A stretch of DNA of 52,562 bases, from NCBI GenBank assembly GCA_022768685.1, contig JALEPQ010000057.1, positions 1 through 52,562 on the forward strand, given 5' to 3'. Source of the DNA: Spirochaetia bacterium (GTDB lineage Bacteria; Spirochaetota; Spirochaetia; Treponematales; Treponemataceae). The position numbers and the translations under genes are program-made. This document shows positions 39,682 through 50,375 of the stretch, piece after piece (position 1 is the first letter of the stretch; every line of letters starts with the position of its first letter). The notes under the pieces are model-generated. The model was not told the origin of the DNA. It saw only the letters and a list, made by a program, of their open reading frames with translations, and searched no databases.

Positions 39682-41309
39682 TGATTTCTAATAATCAAAA
39701 GCCCTGCCTTGTAAAAACATCGCAGGGCTTTTCTGTTTCATACAATAATCGATTTTTATACTCAAAATATAATCCTTCCAAATCCATATTAACTTTAGTA
39801 AAGCAAGTTGAAATTCTTTCAGGAACAATAGTCCTATGCTGTTCCCCAGTTTTAAATTATGGGCTAAAGGAACTGTCAGAACAGCTGCCAGAAAACTGTA
39901 TACTTCTTGGCTGTGAATTTAATCCTGATCTTCATCAATTTATTACAGAAAACATAGATTCATATAATTCAATAAAAAATTTTCATTTTTTATCAATAGA
40001 TGAAGTCTATAATCTGGGGGTAATACTTTCACAAAATAAATACACTCTAAAAAGTGGAGAAACAATTTGTTTTGCAGGAAATTACAAAAGAGTTATTAGA
40101 ATTGATTTTTCTGCAGGAATTCAATTAAATTCTGAATTATACAACAAACTTCAGGAATCCTGTGTTAATTCCATAAAGACTTTCTGGTCCAACAGATTAA
40201 CACTTACAACCTTTGGTAGAAGATACTGCCAGGACTTTTTTAAAAACCTTAAAATTTTACCTGATACAACAGACATCAATTCCTATATACAAAAAATAAC
40301 TAAACCTATAGTTTGCTTTGGTGCTGGACAAAGTATTAATTCAGGAATCAATGAAATTTCATTAAACAAAAAAGACTATTTTATTCTTTGTACTGATACT
40401 TCCCTCTCATCATTAATAGCCCATAACATCGTTCCTGACGGGGTGTTTATAGAAGAAGCACAATTTATTATAAATAGAGCTTTTATAGGCCTCCAGAACT
40501 ACAATGTTCAGTATTTTGTGGGACTTTCTGCTGCACCTCAGATATCAAGATACATAAAAAAAGAAAATCTCTGTTATTTTACTACTTTATTTTCAGAATC
40601 AGATTTTCTAAAGAAATTACAAAAACAAAATATTTTACCGCCAGAAAATCCTCCTTTTGGTTCTGTTGGACTTACCATGGTTTATTATGCAGTTAAATTT
40701 AGAAAAGATTTATCTGTTCCAATTTTTTTATATGGTCTTGATTTTTCTTACAGTGCAGGACTCACTCATGGAAAACAGACCATGTCTCATAAAGAAAAAT
40801 TGATTTCAAATACAAGATTATCACCTGTACAAAATTACAATGCAGCTTTCAACAAAAACGTAATCAAATTTTTGGACAAAAAATCAAATGTCTTTTATAC
40901 AACCCCATCATTACAAAATTATGCTTTTTTATTTAATGGTTATTTTGCTTCCATTAAAAATCTTTTTGATTCTTCTGAATGTGGAATAAAACTTAATATT
41001 CTGGAAAAAAAACCAGTTTGTGACAATATTACAGAAATTGAAATAAAAAAACAGAAATTTTCCAATGAGAAAGCCACTAAAATAAATGAATACATTTTAT
41101 CTGAAAAAAGAGATCTGATTGAATTAAGAGATATTCTTACAGGAAAAATTGAACTTTCAGAAACTGAATTGTATCCAAAAATCAATCAACTTTTATCTGC
41201 AAAAGACTACTTATACATTCACTTTCCAGATGGATTCAAATTTGAAATAAATCAAAGTTTTCTAAATAGAATCAGAACTGAAATTGACTTCTTCTTAAAA
41301 TTCCTTTAA
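39681..41309 (+). CDS. Motility-associated-factor (Maf)/MptE-like domain protein
   Basis: LYSKYNP, GAGQS, CTDTSL, GSVG and GLDFSY..THG pattern. Confidence 0.7.
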   Translation: MISNNQKPCLVKTSQGFSVSYNNRFLYSKYNPSKSILTLVKQVEILSGTIVLCCSPVLNYGLKELSEQLPENCILLGCEFNPDLHQFITENIDSYNSIKNFHFLSIDEVYNLGVILSQNKYTLKSGETICFAGNYKRVIRIDFSAGIQLNSELYNKLQESCVNSIKTFWSNRLTLTTFGRRYCQDFFKNLKILPDTTDINSYIQKITKPIVCFGAGQSINSGINEISLNKKDYFILCTDTSLSSLIAHNIVPDGVFIEEAQFIINRAFIGLQNYNVQYFVGLSAAPQISRYIKKENLCYFTTLFSESDFLKKLQKQNILPPENPPFGSVGLTMVYYAVKFRKDLSVPIFLYGLDFSYSAGLTHGKQTMSHKEKLISNTRLSPVQNYNAAFNKNVIKFLDKKSNVFYTTPSLQNYAFLFNGYFASIKNLFDSSECGIKLNILEKKPVCDNITEIEIKKQKFSNEKATKINEYILSEKRDLIELRDILTGKIELSETELYPKINQLLSAKDYLYIHFPDGFKFEINQSFLNRIRTEIDFFLKFL

Positions 41310-41320
41310 CGAAAAAAGTT

Positions 41321-41434
41321 GATGACCAATAAGTCCTGTCATGCTGAATTTATTTCAGCATCCACACTATATCTAGGTCTATAGATTCCGAAACAAGTTC
41401 GAAATGACACTAGGAAGTAAACTTTTTGGTCATC
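41321..41434. mobile_element. MITE-like element: 14-bp terminal inverted repeats enclosing a GTCA...TGAC REP-type doublet
   Basis: GATGACCAATAAGT (41321-34) matches the reverse complement of 41421-34 at 13/14. Inner TGTCATGCTGAA..TTCAGCATC / GATTCCGAA..TTCGAAATGACA at 41337-41409. Confidence 0.6.
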
Positions 41435-41443
41435 CCTTTATTT

Positions 41444-43243
41444 TTATTCATCGTTTTCTTTTAGAACGGCAAGGAATGCACTTTGTGGCAATTCAACGTC
41501 ACCAACCATTTTCATACGTTTCTTACCTTCTTTCTGTTTTTCAAGAAGTTTACGTTTACGGGTAATATCACCACCATAACATTTTGCAAGAACATCTTTT
41601 CTTACAGGATTTACTGTTTCGCGAGCAATAATCTGTCCGCCAATGGCACCTTGAATTGCAACCTTGAATTGCTGACGGCTTATTTCTCCCTTCAGACGTT
41701 CACAGACTTTTCTTGAGCGTTCTACGGCATTTGCTTTAAAAGTCAATAAAGATAAAGCATCAACAATTTTACCATTTAATAAAATATCAACTTTTACTAA
41801 ATCTGTAGGTCTGTAACCAATAACTTCATAATCAAAAGAGGCATAACCGCGACTATAACTTTTTAATCTGTCATAAAAATCAAACAAAACTTCAGACAAA
41901 GGCATTTCATAATTTAATTCAACCCGCTTTGTATCAAGATATTGCATGTTAGTCTGCATTCCCCGCTTTTCAGTACAGAGAGCAATAATTGAACCAAGAT
42001 ATTCTGCAGGAGTAATTATACTTGCTTTAATATAAGGTTCTTCTGCGTCTTTTATTCTACCCTGAGGATACTCAGAAGGATTATCTATATACATATCTTC
42101 ACCATTAGAAAGATGAAGAAGATATCTTACAGAAGGTGCAGTAAAAATTACGGCCTGATCAAAGTCCCTTTCCAGACGTTCCTGAATAATTTCCAGATGC
42201 AGAAGCCCAAGAAAACCACATCTGAATCCATTTCCCAGAGCTAAAGAATTATCTTTTTCGTAAACCAAAGACGCATCATTTAGTTTTAATTTTTCCATGC
42301 TGTCTTTTAATTCTTCATAATCATTAGAATCCATTGGATAAATTGAAGAATAAACAACAGGTTTTACTTCCTTAAAACCTGGTAAAGCTTTATCTGCAGG
42401 ATTTCCAACAGTTGTAATTGTATCACCAACTTTTACATCACTTACTGTTTTCAGACCTGAAATAATATATCCTACATCACCTGCTTCAAGCACATCTGTT
42501 TCTTCATAATCAATTTTAAAAATACCACACTGTTCAACTTTATATTCAGTGTCAGTACTCATCATTTTAATTAAATCGCCTTTTTTAAGACTTCCTTCCA
42601 TTACTCTTACATGAACTATTACACCACGATACACATCATAGTGGCAGTCAAAAATAAGGGCCTGAAGTTTTCCATCTGGATTTCCATTTGGAGCAGGAAA
42701 TTTTGTAACAATTGCTTCTAAAAGATCATCAATTCCTTCCCCAGTTTTAGCAGAAACACACATAGCATCTGCAGAATCTAATCCAAGTTCATTATCAATT
42801 TGATTTTTACATGAAGGGATATCAGCTGATGCCAGATCAATTTTATTAATAACAGGAACCATAGTCAGATCGTGTTCCAATGCCATATACATATTACTAA
42901 CAGTCTGACTTTCAACCCCCTGAGTTGCATCAATCAAAAGTAATGCACCTTCACACGAAGCAATAGCACGAGAAACTTCATAAGAGAAGTCAACATGACC
43001 AGGAGTATCAACAAAGTTTAATTCATAATCATGTCCATCTTTTGCATGGTATGGAATAGTTACAGCCTGACTTTTTATAGTAATACCACGTTCACGTTCA
43101 ATATCCATGTTATCAAGAATCTGATTCATCATTTTACGGTCATCAATAATCTTTGCTTTCTGAATTAACCGGTCAGATAAAGTAGATTTACCATGATCAA
43201 TGTGAGCAACAATACAGAAGTTGCGTTTATACTTCATTTCCAT
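41444..43243 (-). CDS. lepA: Elongation factor 4
   Basis: Motifs AHIDHGKST, DTPGHVDF, NKID, GFLGLLH and KCYGGDITRKRKLLEKQK. Confidence 0.99.
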   Translation of the reverse strand: MEMKYKRNFCIVAHIDHGKSTLSDRLIQKAKIIDDRKMMNQILDNMDIERERGITIKSQAVTIPYHAKDGHDYELNFVDTPGHVDFSYEVSRAIASCEGALLLIDATQGVESQTVSNMYMALEHDLTMVPVINKIDLASADIPSCKNQIDNELGLDSADAMCVSAKTGEGIDDLLEAIVTKFPAPNGNPDGKLQALIFDCHYDVYRGVIVHVRVMEGSLKKGDLIKMMSTDTEYKVEQCGIFKIDYEETDVLEAGDVGYIISGLKTVSDVKVGDTITTVGNPADKALPGFKEVKPVVYSSIYPMDSNDYEELKDSMEKLKLNDASLVYEKDNSLALGNGFRCGFLGLLHLEIIQERLERDFDQAVIFTAPSVRYLLHLSNGEDMYIDNPSEYPQGRIKDAEEPYIKASIITPAEYLGSIIALCTEKRGMQTNMQYLDTKRVELNYEMPLSEVLFDFYDRLKSYSRGYASFDYEVIGYRPTDLVKVDILLNGKIVDALSLLTFKANAVERSRKVCERLKGEISRQQFKVAIQGAIGGQIIARETVNPVRKDVLAKCYGGDITRKRKLLEKQKEGKKRMKMVGDVELPQSAFLAVLKENDE

Positions 43244-43255
43244 AAAAAATTTCCC

Positions 43256-44884
43256 CTAAAAATAGTATGGTGAATCATAACTTGCCGAAAGAATCATAGA
43301 GATATCCAAAAATCCTTTTTTCCGGCGTTGTGTTGATATTTGTGCAATAAAATATTCTTTATCATTATCAAACTTAACATCACGAACAGTTACAAAATCA
43401 TTTTCAGAAAAACTCATCTGATCTGCAACACTTCCTTTTATGATACTTTCTATTTTATATGAATTATGATTCATTGTCGATGCAGGAATTAATTTCATCC
43501 CGAAAATTGGAACAAAAGAATTACATATCAAATCACTTTTATAAATCTGATTTAAAGGATCTTTTGGTCTGTTTTCAAGAAAAATTAAACAAGTTTTTTC
43601 TTCATTATCTCTCAGGAACTTACAATTCAAAATAGTTCCATACTGATACTTCATCATTAAAAAATGGTAATCATCTATACTTTTTATGAGATTTCCATCA
43701 ATCTCTGTAATCACATCACCAGATTTAAGTCCACTTAAAAATGCAGATCCCCCTGGCATAACATATTGAACTTCCAGTCCAGCTTTTTTATTTCCATTTC
43801 TGTAGGTATGCCCATATCCACAAAGCCAGTTATGAATAACTTCTCCCGAATCAGAATTATTATACAACACTGGTAATTCCTGTTTTAGATATTCTACCGG
43901 TACAGCAAAATTCAATCCTTGAAATTGAAGCATTCCTGCAAAAACAACTGCCTGTACATTAAGATTTTCATCAATCAAAGGTCCTCCAGAATTGCCTGAA
44001 TTTATAGCCGCATCAATTTGAAAAACATTACCTAAACTCGTAAGTTTTCTATCAGTTGCAGAAACAATTCCTGAAGTTAAAGTTCCTTCAAGCCCGATTG
44101 GTGTACCTATTGCACTTACCTTATCTCCAACACTCAAATCTTTACTTGACCCAAGACTTAAAACATATTCTGGTTCAATTTCAACCTTCAAAAGTGCCAG
44201 ATCAAGAACAGGATCAAATCCAATAACTTTTGCAGGAATCTTAGTATCTGAATCTGAAAGTAATTTTATATAAAGTCTAGAAAAACCTTCATATTTAGGA
44301 TTCACCATAGATTCAATTACATGATGATTTGTAACAAGATAGCCTCGTTTATCAATGAAAAATCCAGAACCAATAATGATATCTGCATAGCCAGCCCCAT
44401 TTTTTACCTGAATTCCCCTGTCTACCCAAATAGTACAGGTTGCATTCAAACAATCGCTAATATTTTTAGGAGGTTTAGGATTTTCAGAAGTCAAACCAGG
44501 TACGTCTGAATTTGAAAGATTAAAAACTTTATCTTCTATTTCAGAATCAAAATTAAAGTTTACAGTTTTCAAGGAAAGATAATATTTTCTTGTATCAAAA
44601 TAATTCTTGTTTTCAAGTGCTTCTTCCAGTTTCATATAAACTATATTCTGACATTCAAGAATTATATCCTTATTATTAAGCAGCTTTGCCCGCCATAAAG
44701 CTTTTGTACAGTCTTCTAATCTTATTTCCCTGATTGTCTTTATTTCATTTTCAACAACATTTTCATCTGAATAATTAATTGGATCAGAGATTTTTTTAGG
44801 CTGATTTAAACTTACACAACCAGAAAGAAACAATATAAAATAAAGCTGAAAAATAAAAAACTTAATATATTTATTCATTTTCAA
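43256..44884 (-). CDS. HtrA/S1C-family serine protease lipoprotein with PDZ
   Basis: Lipobox LSGC, triad motifs TNHHV, DLAL and GNSGGP, and PDZ motif GLKSGDVI. Confidence 0.88.
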   Translation of the reverse strand: MKMNKYIKFFIFQLYFILFLSGCVSLNQPKKISDPINYSDENVVENEIKTIREIRLEDCTKALWRAKLLNNKDIILECQNIVYMKLEEALENKNYFDTRKYYLSLKTVNFNFDSEIEDKVFNLSNSDVPGLTSENPKPPKNISDCLNATCTIWVDRGIQVKNGAGYADIIIGSGFFIDKRGYLVTNHHVIESMVNPKYEGFSRLYIKLLSDSDTKIPAKVIGFDPVLDLALLKVEIEPEYVLSLGSSKDLSVGDKVSAIGTPIGLEGTLTSGIVSATDRKLTSLGNVFQIDAAINSGNSGGPLIDENLNVQAVVFAGMLQFQGLNFAVPVEYLKQELPVLYNNSDSGEVIHNWLCGYGHTYRNGNKKAGLEVQYVMPGGSAFLSGLKSGDVITEIDGNLIKSIDDYHFLMMKYQYGTILNCKFLRDNEEKTCLIFLENRPKDPLNQIYKSDLICNSFVPIFGMKLIPASTMNHNSYKIESIIKGSVADQMSFSENDFVTVRDVKFDNDKEYFIAQISTQRRKKGFLDISMILSASYDSPYYF

Positions 44885-46967
44885 TACTATTTTCTGGAAT
44901 TAAACGGCAAAAATAATTATTCTCAACTCTGATTACAGAAACTCGTTTTTCACCAACAGAATAAATTCCAATTACTCCCTGCGGAATTTTATTTTTTATA
45001 ATAGAATAAATTTCTTTTTCCAGAGCAGCATCTCCTTCGTCAGAAATCCAATACAAATTATTCAACTTTCCTGCATAAATCATTATTTCATGATCAGCAG
45101 AAATCATCTTAACTGGTATATCATTATTTATATTTATATTAATAATTTCATTTCCAACAGAATCATAAAAAATAATTTCTTCATTTTTATTCCCATTTAA
45201 AACAGGATGCCTTATATATTTTGAATCTAAAATACCATCATCATCATTATCCCAGCAAATTATTTTACCATTAAAAGGCAGATACTCTTCCTGAAATTCT
45301 ATTTTTGAATTTAAATTTGAATCAATAGAAATCTTAGATAGATAAATATCTGAAACTAATCCACCAAAAATATCATCTGCCTTGTTATTCTCTTTAAAAT
45401 AATTACGTTCATCCTCTGAAAACAAAGAATCGTCAATGGATTTATATACTTCTGTAGTTTCAAATATTCCATCAAGGTTATTATCAAGCAGTCTGACAAA
45501 AGGCAGTCCATCTTCAAAATTTGCATAACCATATTGAACATCATTTTCAAAAAATTTAACGTTCACAACATTTCCTTTGAAAGTCTGGTAAACAGCTTTG
45601 CAATTCTCTTTTTCATGTATAGGAATTGTCACTCTATTTGCACATTTATTTAATTCAGGAGAAATCATTAAATCTGGGTTAGAAAACATACAGGGAATAT
45701 AGAAATCAACATTAAAATTTCCAAGGATTTCATTTTTCTTCATCAGGAAAGGCACATAGGAAAAATCTCCAGGTGCAAAAGAAAAAATTATATTATCCGA
45801 AAACAATTCAAGCTGATTTACACAAGGAAAATCTTCATAAAACAATTCAAAACTTCTGTTATTTGCATATACATAACGAGGAGCCCCTAAATCACACTGG
45901 CCTTCATATTCAAAAATACCATCATTATTAAAATCATAAGAAAATGTATCTGGACGTCCTAATTTATAATTCACTATTACTTCGTATTGAAGATCCAGAT
46001 TTTCATCTACAAGTATTTTTCCTTCATAGTTTGTCAAAAGTTCACAAACATTTTGAACAACATCAGGTTCTGTAATCTGGGAAAGGAAAAATTCAAGAGA
46101 AAGTATATCTATTTCCCCAGAAGTAGAATCAAAAAATTTAGTAAAAGCTTCTTTTTGTGTATAAACACCACATTCCAGTGCCGAAGTAACAAGTAAAGGA
46201 GTCTGAATTTTTGATTTAGACAGGATAGATTTTACAAGTCTCTGTTTTACATCTTCAGAAGCAAAATTTGCAGCCAGAAGTTCAATATCAATATTCTGAG
46301 ATGCTGAAGAATAATCAGGTACAGAAGGTAAATATGCCTCTGCAATATTATAAACTATTTCAGGAATTTCATACGAAATTTTATACACCTGGCAAAACTT
46401 TTTACGAAGATTTTCAAAAACAAAGAAAACTACAGGAAATCGTTTATCATCTGGATAAATTCTTCTTGAAGCATTTATTTTCAACCGTGCTTCATTCCAA
46501 GACTCATCAGTTCCAATGCGGTAATAATTCTTTACCCTTATAAATTCTGCATCAGCTGAATAAATAAAAGGAACTTCATCAAGAACATTTAAAGATTCTT
46601 CATAACGGTTTGTATCTGAATATAAATCAGCAAGCAATATTCTTGCCTGAGTATTAGAATAATTTACCCATTCTTTCTTTTCAAAGGCTTTTTCTAAATC
46701 TGAAATAACTTTATTTCTTGAAGCCCCCATATTATACTCACTGGCAGCAATCACATAACTTAAATCAGAAACAGAATCATCATAAGAAAGTCCAAGAACC
46801 GCCTGATTATAGGCATTCTGATAATCCTTTCCCATCAAACAATTTTCTGCAAGTTTTAAACATCTTAAAGCTGTAACTCTGTTTGCTTTCTGTGCAGATT
46901 TTTGACCAAATCCTAAATTACAGCAGAGAATACTAAGTCCTAAAACTAAAAAAAAGTGCTTTTTCAT
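44871..46967 (-). CDS. Exported TPR-containing hypothetical protein
   Basis: Signal peptide, helical TPR-like N-terminal half, and repeated DxNxDG motifs in the C-terminal half. Confidence 0.65.
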   Translation of the reverse strand: MKKHFFLVLGLSILCCNLGFGQKSAQKANRVTALRCLKLAENCLMGKDYQNAYNQAVLGLSYDDSVSDLSYVIAASEYNMGASRNKVISDLEKAFEKKEWVNYSNTQARILLADLYSDTNRYEESLNVLDEVPFIYSADAEFIRVKNYYRIGTDESWNEARLKINASRRIYPDDKRFPVVFFVFENLRKKFCQVYKISYEIPEIVYNIAEAYLPSVPDYSSASQNIDIELLAANFASEDVKQRLVKSILSKSKIQTPLLVTSALECGVYTQKEAFTKFFDSTSGEIDILSLEFFLSQITEPDVVQNVCELLTNYEGKILVDENLDLQYEVIVNYKLGRPDTFSYDFNNDGIFEYEGQCDLGAPRYVYANNRSFELFYEDFPCVNQLELFSDNIIFSFAPGDFSYVPFLMKKNEILGNFNVDFYIPCMFSNPDLMISPELNKCANRVTIPIHEKENCKAVYQTFKGNVVNVKFFENDVQYGYANFEDGLPFVRLLDNNLDGIFETTEVYKSIDDSLFSEDERNYFKENNKADDIFGGLVSDIYLSKISIDSNLNSKIEFQEEYLPFNGKIICWDNDDDGILDSKYIRHPVLNGNKNEEIIFYDSVGNEIINININNDIPVKMISADHEIMIYAGKLNNLYWISDEGDAALEKEIYSIIKNKIPQGVIGIYSVGEKRVSVIRVENNYFCRLIPENSIENE

Positions 46968-46988
46968 TTTCCAGAGAAAATCCTTTTA

Positions 46989-48344
46989 TTAAATTACAAT
47001 CCAGTTTTTATAGCCAAGAAATTCACCAAAAATACCGATTATTTCCTGATTATTTTCCAGTTTTTGAATTACAGGTATAAAATTTCTAGCATCTTCAGAA
47101 ACTTTCCAATCAGAATATATATCTATAATCTTCTTAAATTTCCCATCTTTACAACAAATTTCATCATCAATTTCCTGATTTCTGAGAATAAAAGGAAATT
47201 GTATTTTAGCAGAGCAATAATAATCATTAAACTGAAAATTACATTTTCCGCTGGATTGCGAAATATACACACTTCCAAAAGGAAAAGTATACATACCATC
47301 TTTTTCTATTATAGCAAAAAAAGATAAATCAGTTTTGAGATTTGTGTATTTTTTTACAAAAATCTTATTCTTTTCGCAACAAAAAATAAGATCACTATAT
47401 TTTTTTTCAAAAACCTTTCCACAAGATAAGGCAGAAATAAAATCCTGCAAAAATACATACGGAATCCTGTTTTCCAGGGAAAGAGAATTGCACATTTTAA
47501 GTAAAATACGATTTTTCAAACCATCAGGCTGACTTTCAAAAATATTTTTTTCAATGCTGCATTCATCTTTATTTTTTTCAACAGGTATAGTATCTAAAAT
47601 CTGATTAATTATAAAAGAATCCTGCTCGGCTTTTTTTCCGCCATTCAAAACAGCAGTCTTCCAGCCATAAAAATGTTCATTTAAAAATGATATTAGATTT
47701 TTTCTAATATTATTTCTAAGATATGATGTATTTTCATTTGTTGAATCGGTTCTCCAGCTATAGTTTTGTGAACGAAGATACTTTTCTATCTCAGACCGTT
47801 CAAGATTTATTAGTGGACGAATTATCTGATTATGATTTTTTATCCCTTGTAAAGCATCCACCGAACTTCCCTGTAAAAATCTCATTAATAAAGTTTCAAG
47901 CTGGTCATTTTGATTATGAGCTATACAAAAATATTTTATATTGTTCTGATATATAAATTTTTCAAAAATAGAATATCTTAAAATTCTGGCAGCTTCCTCA
48001 ATTCCATTTTTTCTTTCAGATGCCAGCTCCAGAACCTTACCTGCCTCAATTTCAATTATCTCACAGGTAACGTCAAATCCACGTTGATACAGTTCATTGC
48101 ACACATCTTTTACAAACAGACAATCTCCATAGGATTCTTCATATGAACGAATATTGTGATTTATTGAAACAACTTTTAAGGGAATTTTATATTGCTTCAA
48201 AATATGAGAAAGACTTAACAAAAGAGCAATTGAATCAGCACCACCACTTACAGCAGCACCAAAACACATATCTCTTGATTTTAATGAGTCTAAATCTGAT
48301 GGAAGATTATTTTTTACAGATTGTTCAAATTGATTTAATGTCAT
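46989..48344 (-). CDS. tilS: tRNA(Ile)-lysidine synthetase
   Basis: Motifs SGGADS, EEAAR..RY, AHNQNDQLET, RPL and RNNIR. Confidence 0.95.
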   Translation of the reverse strand: MTLNQFEQSVKNNLPSDLDSLKSRDMCFGAAVSGGADSIALLLSLSHILKQYKIPLKVVSINHNIRSYEESYGDCLFVKDVCNELYQRGFDVTCEIIEIEAGKVLELASERKNGIEEAARILRYSIFEKFIYQNNIKYFCIAHNQNDQLETLLMRFLQGSSVDALQGIKNHNQIIRPLINLERSEIEKYLRSQNYSWRTDSTNENTSYLRNNIRKNLISFLNEHFYGWKTAVLNGGKKAEQDSFIINQILDTIPVEKNKDECSIEKNIFESQPDGLKNRILLKMCNSLSLENRIPYVFLQDFISALSCGKVFEKKYSDLIFCCEKNKIFVKKYTNLKTDLSFFAIIEKDGMYTFPFGSVYISQSSGKCNFQFNDYYCSAKIQFPFILRNQEIDDEICCKDGKFKKIIDIYSDWKVSEDARNFIPVIQKLENNQEIIGIFGEFLGYKNWIVI

Positions 48345-48352
48345 GTTTTCTT

Positions 48353-48388
48353 AAAAAACAAAAAAGGCTGCCATAAGTGACAGCCTTT
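48353..48388 (-). terminator. Intrinsic terminator after rplY
   Basis: AAAGGCTG/CAGCCTTT stem with a U-tract on the minus strand. Confidence 0.7.
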
Positions 48389-48409
48389 ATTTATTAATTA
48401 AAGTTTATC

Positions 48410-48961
48410 CTAGCGAGCTGGAGAAACAGTAACTAATGGAAGTTCTGCAGAAGTAAGAACTTCTACTTTATCTCCAAGATTCAAATCTTTTACACGTAAA
48501 GCTTCTGATACGTTGATTTTAGAAATATCAGCTGTAACTGTTTCTGGAAGATCACCGATACAAGCCTTAATCTTAATTTTGTTGTTGCGTTCTTTTTTGA
48601 AACCACCACGAAGAACACCAGCTGGAGTTCCTGTATAGTGAACTTTCATTGTAATAACTAATTTCTGATCAGCATCTGGTGCAAAGAAATCTGCATGTAA
48701 TACTTTATCAGTTCTGATACAGTATTCAGCATCTTTAATCAAAACAAGGCTTTCTTTTCCATCTACATTTAATGTAACAGAAGTTGTTGGAGTAATTGTT
48801 CTCCATACTTTGTTGAATTCAACTTCGTCAACATCAATCATTGTAGCTTCACCTTTTGAATTGTAAACTACTGCAGGGATACGACCTACTTTGCGAAGAT
48901 TTTTAGCAGCTGTTTTACCAGTTGTTGTACGAGTTTTAGCATTAATAACTACTTTACTCAT
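48410..48961 (-). CDS. rplY: 50S ribosomal protein L25/Ctc
   Basis: Motifs LRKVGRIPAVVY, LHADF and GTPAGV..GG. SD AAGGAG. Confidence 0.95.
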   Translation of the reverse strand: MSKVVINAKTRTTTGKTAAKNLRKVGRIPAVVYNSKGEATMIDVDEVEFNKVWRTITPTTSVTLNVDGKESLVLIKDAEYCIRTDKVLHADFFAPDADQKLVITMKVHYTGTPAGVLRGGFKKERNNKIKIKACIGDLPETVTADISKINVSEALRVKDLNLGDKVEVLTSAELPLVTVSPAR

Positions 48962-49000
48962 TTTCTTAAAGCTCCTTATATCCTATATAATTAATATTAG

Positions 49001-49073
49001 CTGGGTCGACAGGATTCGAACCTGTGGAATACCGGCACCAAAAGCCGGGGGCTTACCGCTTGCCGACGACCCA
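49001..49073 (-). tRNA. tRNA-Gln(UUG)
   Basis: Cloverleaf with acceptor TGGGTCG/CGACCCA, anticodon arm CCGGC-TTTTGGT-GCCGG and T arm GGTTCGAATCC. CCA is not encoded. Confidence 0.95.
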
Positions 49074-49087
49074 ATAAAAGGTATGTT

Positions 49088-49116
49088 AATATAACAAATT
49101 TAAGAAGTTTTGTAAA
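49088..49116 (-). promoter_or_regulatory. Promoter for tRNA-Gln/rplY
   Basis: TTTACA-17-TATATT with an extended TG. Confidence 0.65.
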
Positions 49117-49145
49117 TATAAAGGAAATGAAAAATGAATTTATCG

Positions 49146-49181
49146 AAAAAAAAAAGGTGATTCCCATAAAGAATCACCTTT
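49146..49181 (-). terminator. Intrinsic terminator after spoVG
   Basis: 11-bp stem AAAGGTGATTC/GAATCACCTTT plus a U-tract. Confidence 0.75.
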
Positions 49182-49196
49182 ATACTATAAATATCC

Positions 49197-49475
49197 TTAA
49201 TCTTCTAATCCGCCAGTTTCTACATGACCGGCTCTATATTCTGCAAGAATCTTATCCTGTAATTCTGTTCTAAATTCAGGACTAATTGGATGAGCAACAT
49301 CTTTATACTCACCTGTTGCAGTTTTTCTACTTGGCATTGCAATAAATAAGCCGCTTTTACCATCAATAATTTTTACATTGTGAACAACAAAACAATCGTC
49401 AAATGTTACTGTAACATAAGCACGAAGCTTTCCATCATCATCTACTTTTCTAATCCTTAATTCTGTAATCTGCAT
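49197..49475 (-). CDS. spoVG: SpoVG nucleic-acid-binding regulator
   Basis: MQITELRIR...FVVHNVKII...FIAMPS...DVAHPI. SD GGAGGAG before the ATG at 49475. Confidence 0.96.
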   Translation of the reverse strand: MQITELRIRKVDDDGKLRAYVTVTFDDCFVVHNVKIIDGKSGLFIAMPSRKTATGEYKDVAHPISPEFRTELQDKILAEYRAGHVETGGLED

Positions 49476-49502
49476 TCTTCTCCTCCGCAAATAGATATAA
49501 CA

Positions 49503-50375
49503 TTAAATAGTACGCACAAGTTTACAATCCCATGTAGCAGCAAGCAAATTACACGCGAATTCAGCTTGTTGTATCAAAGTAAACACACCAAAAACTGTTG
49601 AGCCAGAACCTGACATTTCAGCATAACAACAGCCTAGTTTTTCTAACTCACCTATTGCCTTTCCAATCTCAGGATAAACCTTAGAAATAACAGGTGTAAA
49701 TGTGTTCTTAAAAGACCAATTCTGAACAGATTTGTTATAAACAAACTCTAATTCAGAAAAATCAGGACCTTCTACCTCTTCTCCCCGGTTATACGCTTCA
49801 TCTACAAGACTATAAGCTTCCTTAGTAGATGAACTTACCTTTGGAAAAATCAACAACAAAATTAAATCTTTACGTGGAGCTATTTCTTTTACAATTTCAC
49901 CGCGTCCGGAAACTAATGCACAGGATCTTCCATTTTTATCACCGTGCATAAAAAAGAAAACATCACTTCCCGTTTTTGACGCCACATAATCAAGCTGCAA
50001 ATTAGAAAGTGAAATTCCACATATATTTTCAAGCACTCTGATTAAGGCAGCGGCATCAGAAGATCCTCCACCTAAACCTCCACCAGATGGAATCCCTTTC
50101 TTTAATTCTACATTAACTCCAGGAACTTCCACTCCAGCTATTTCTACAAATGCTTTATATGCTTTTGTTAAAGTATTTTCAGCAGGCAGGTCCATAAATT
50201 CACAATGAACCTTACATTCCTTTTTTTCATTCCATGAAACTATCAATTCATCATATAAATCAATAGTCTGAAAAATACTTTCAATGTTATGAAATCCATC
50301 TTCTCTTTTTGGCAAAACCTTCAAGCCGAAATTTATTTTTGCATACGCCTTTTCAAGTACAGTTTCAAACATCAT
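49503..50375 (-). CDS. ispE: 4-diphosphocytidyl-2-C-methyl-D-erythritol kinase
   Basis: Motifs AKINFGL, IPSGGGLGGGSSDAA, GSDV and MSGSGST. Confidence 0.96.
   Translation of the reverse strand: MMFETVLEKAYAKINFGLKVLPKREDGFHNIESIFQTIDLYDELIVSWNEKKECKVHCEFMDLPAENTLTKAYKAFVEIAGVEVPGVNVELKKGIPSGGGLGGGSSDAAALIRVLENICGISLSNLQLDYVASKTGSDVFFFMHGDKNGRSCALVSGRGEIVKEIAPRKDLILLLIFPKVSSSTKEAYSLVDEAYNRGEEVEGPDFSELEFVYNKSVQNWSFKNTFTPVISKVYPEIGKAIGELEKLGCCYAEMSGSGSTVFGVFTLIQQAEFACNLLAATWDCKLVRTI

Noticed and set aside
49001-49073. tRNA-Gln as an integration site
   Set aside because: No duplicated tRNA 3' end or integrase seen, and the flanks are core genes.
1397-49094. Many short overlapping or antisense ORFs in the track (e.g. 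8853-9263, 14535-14891, 37146-37682, 48891-49094)
   Set aside because: They are shadow frames of well-supported genes or the tRNA, with no recognisable motifs.
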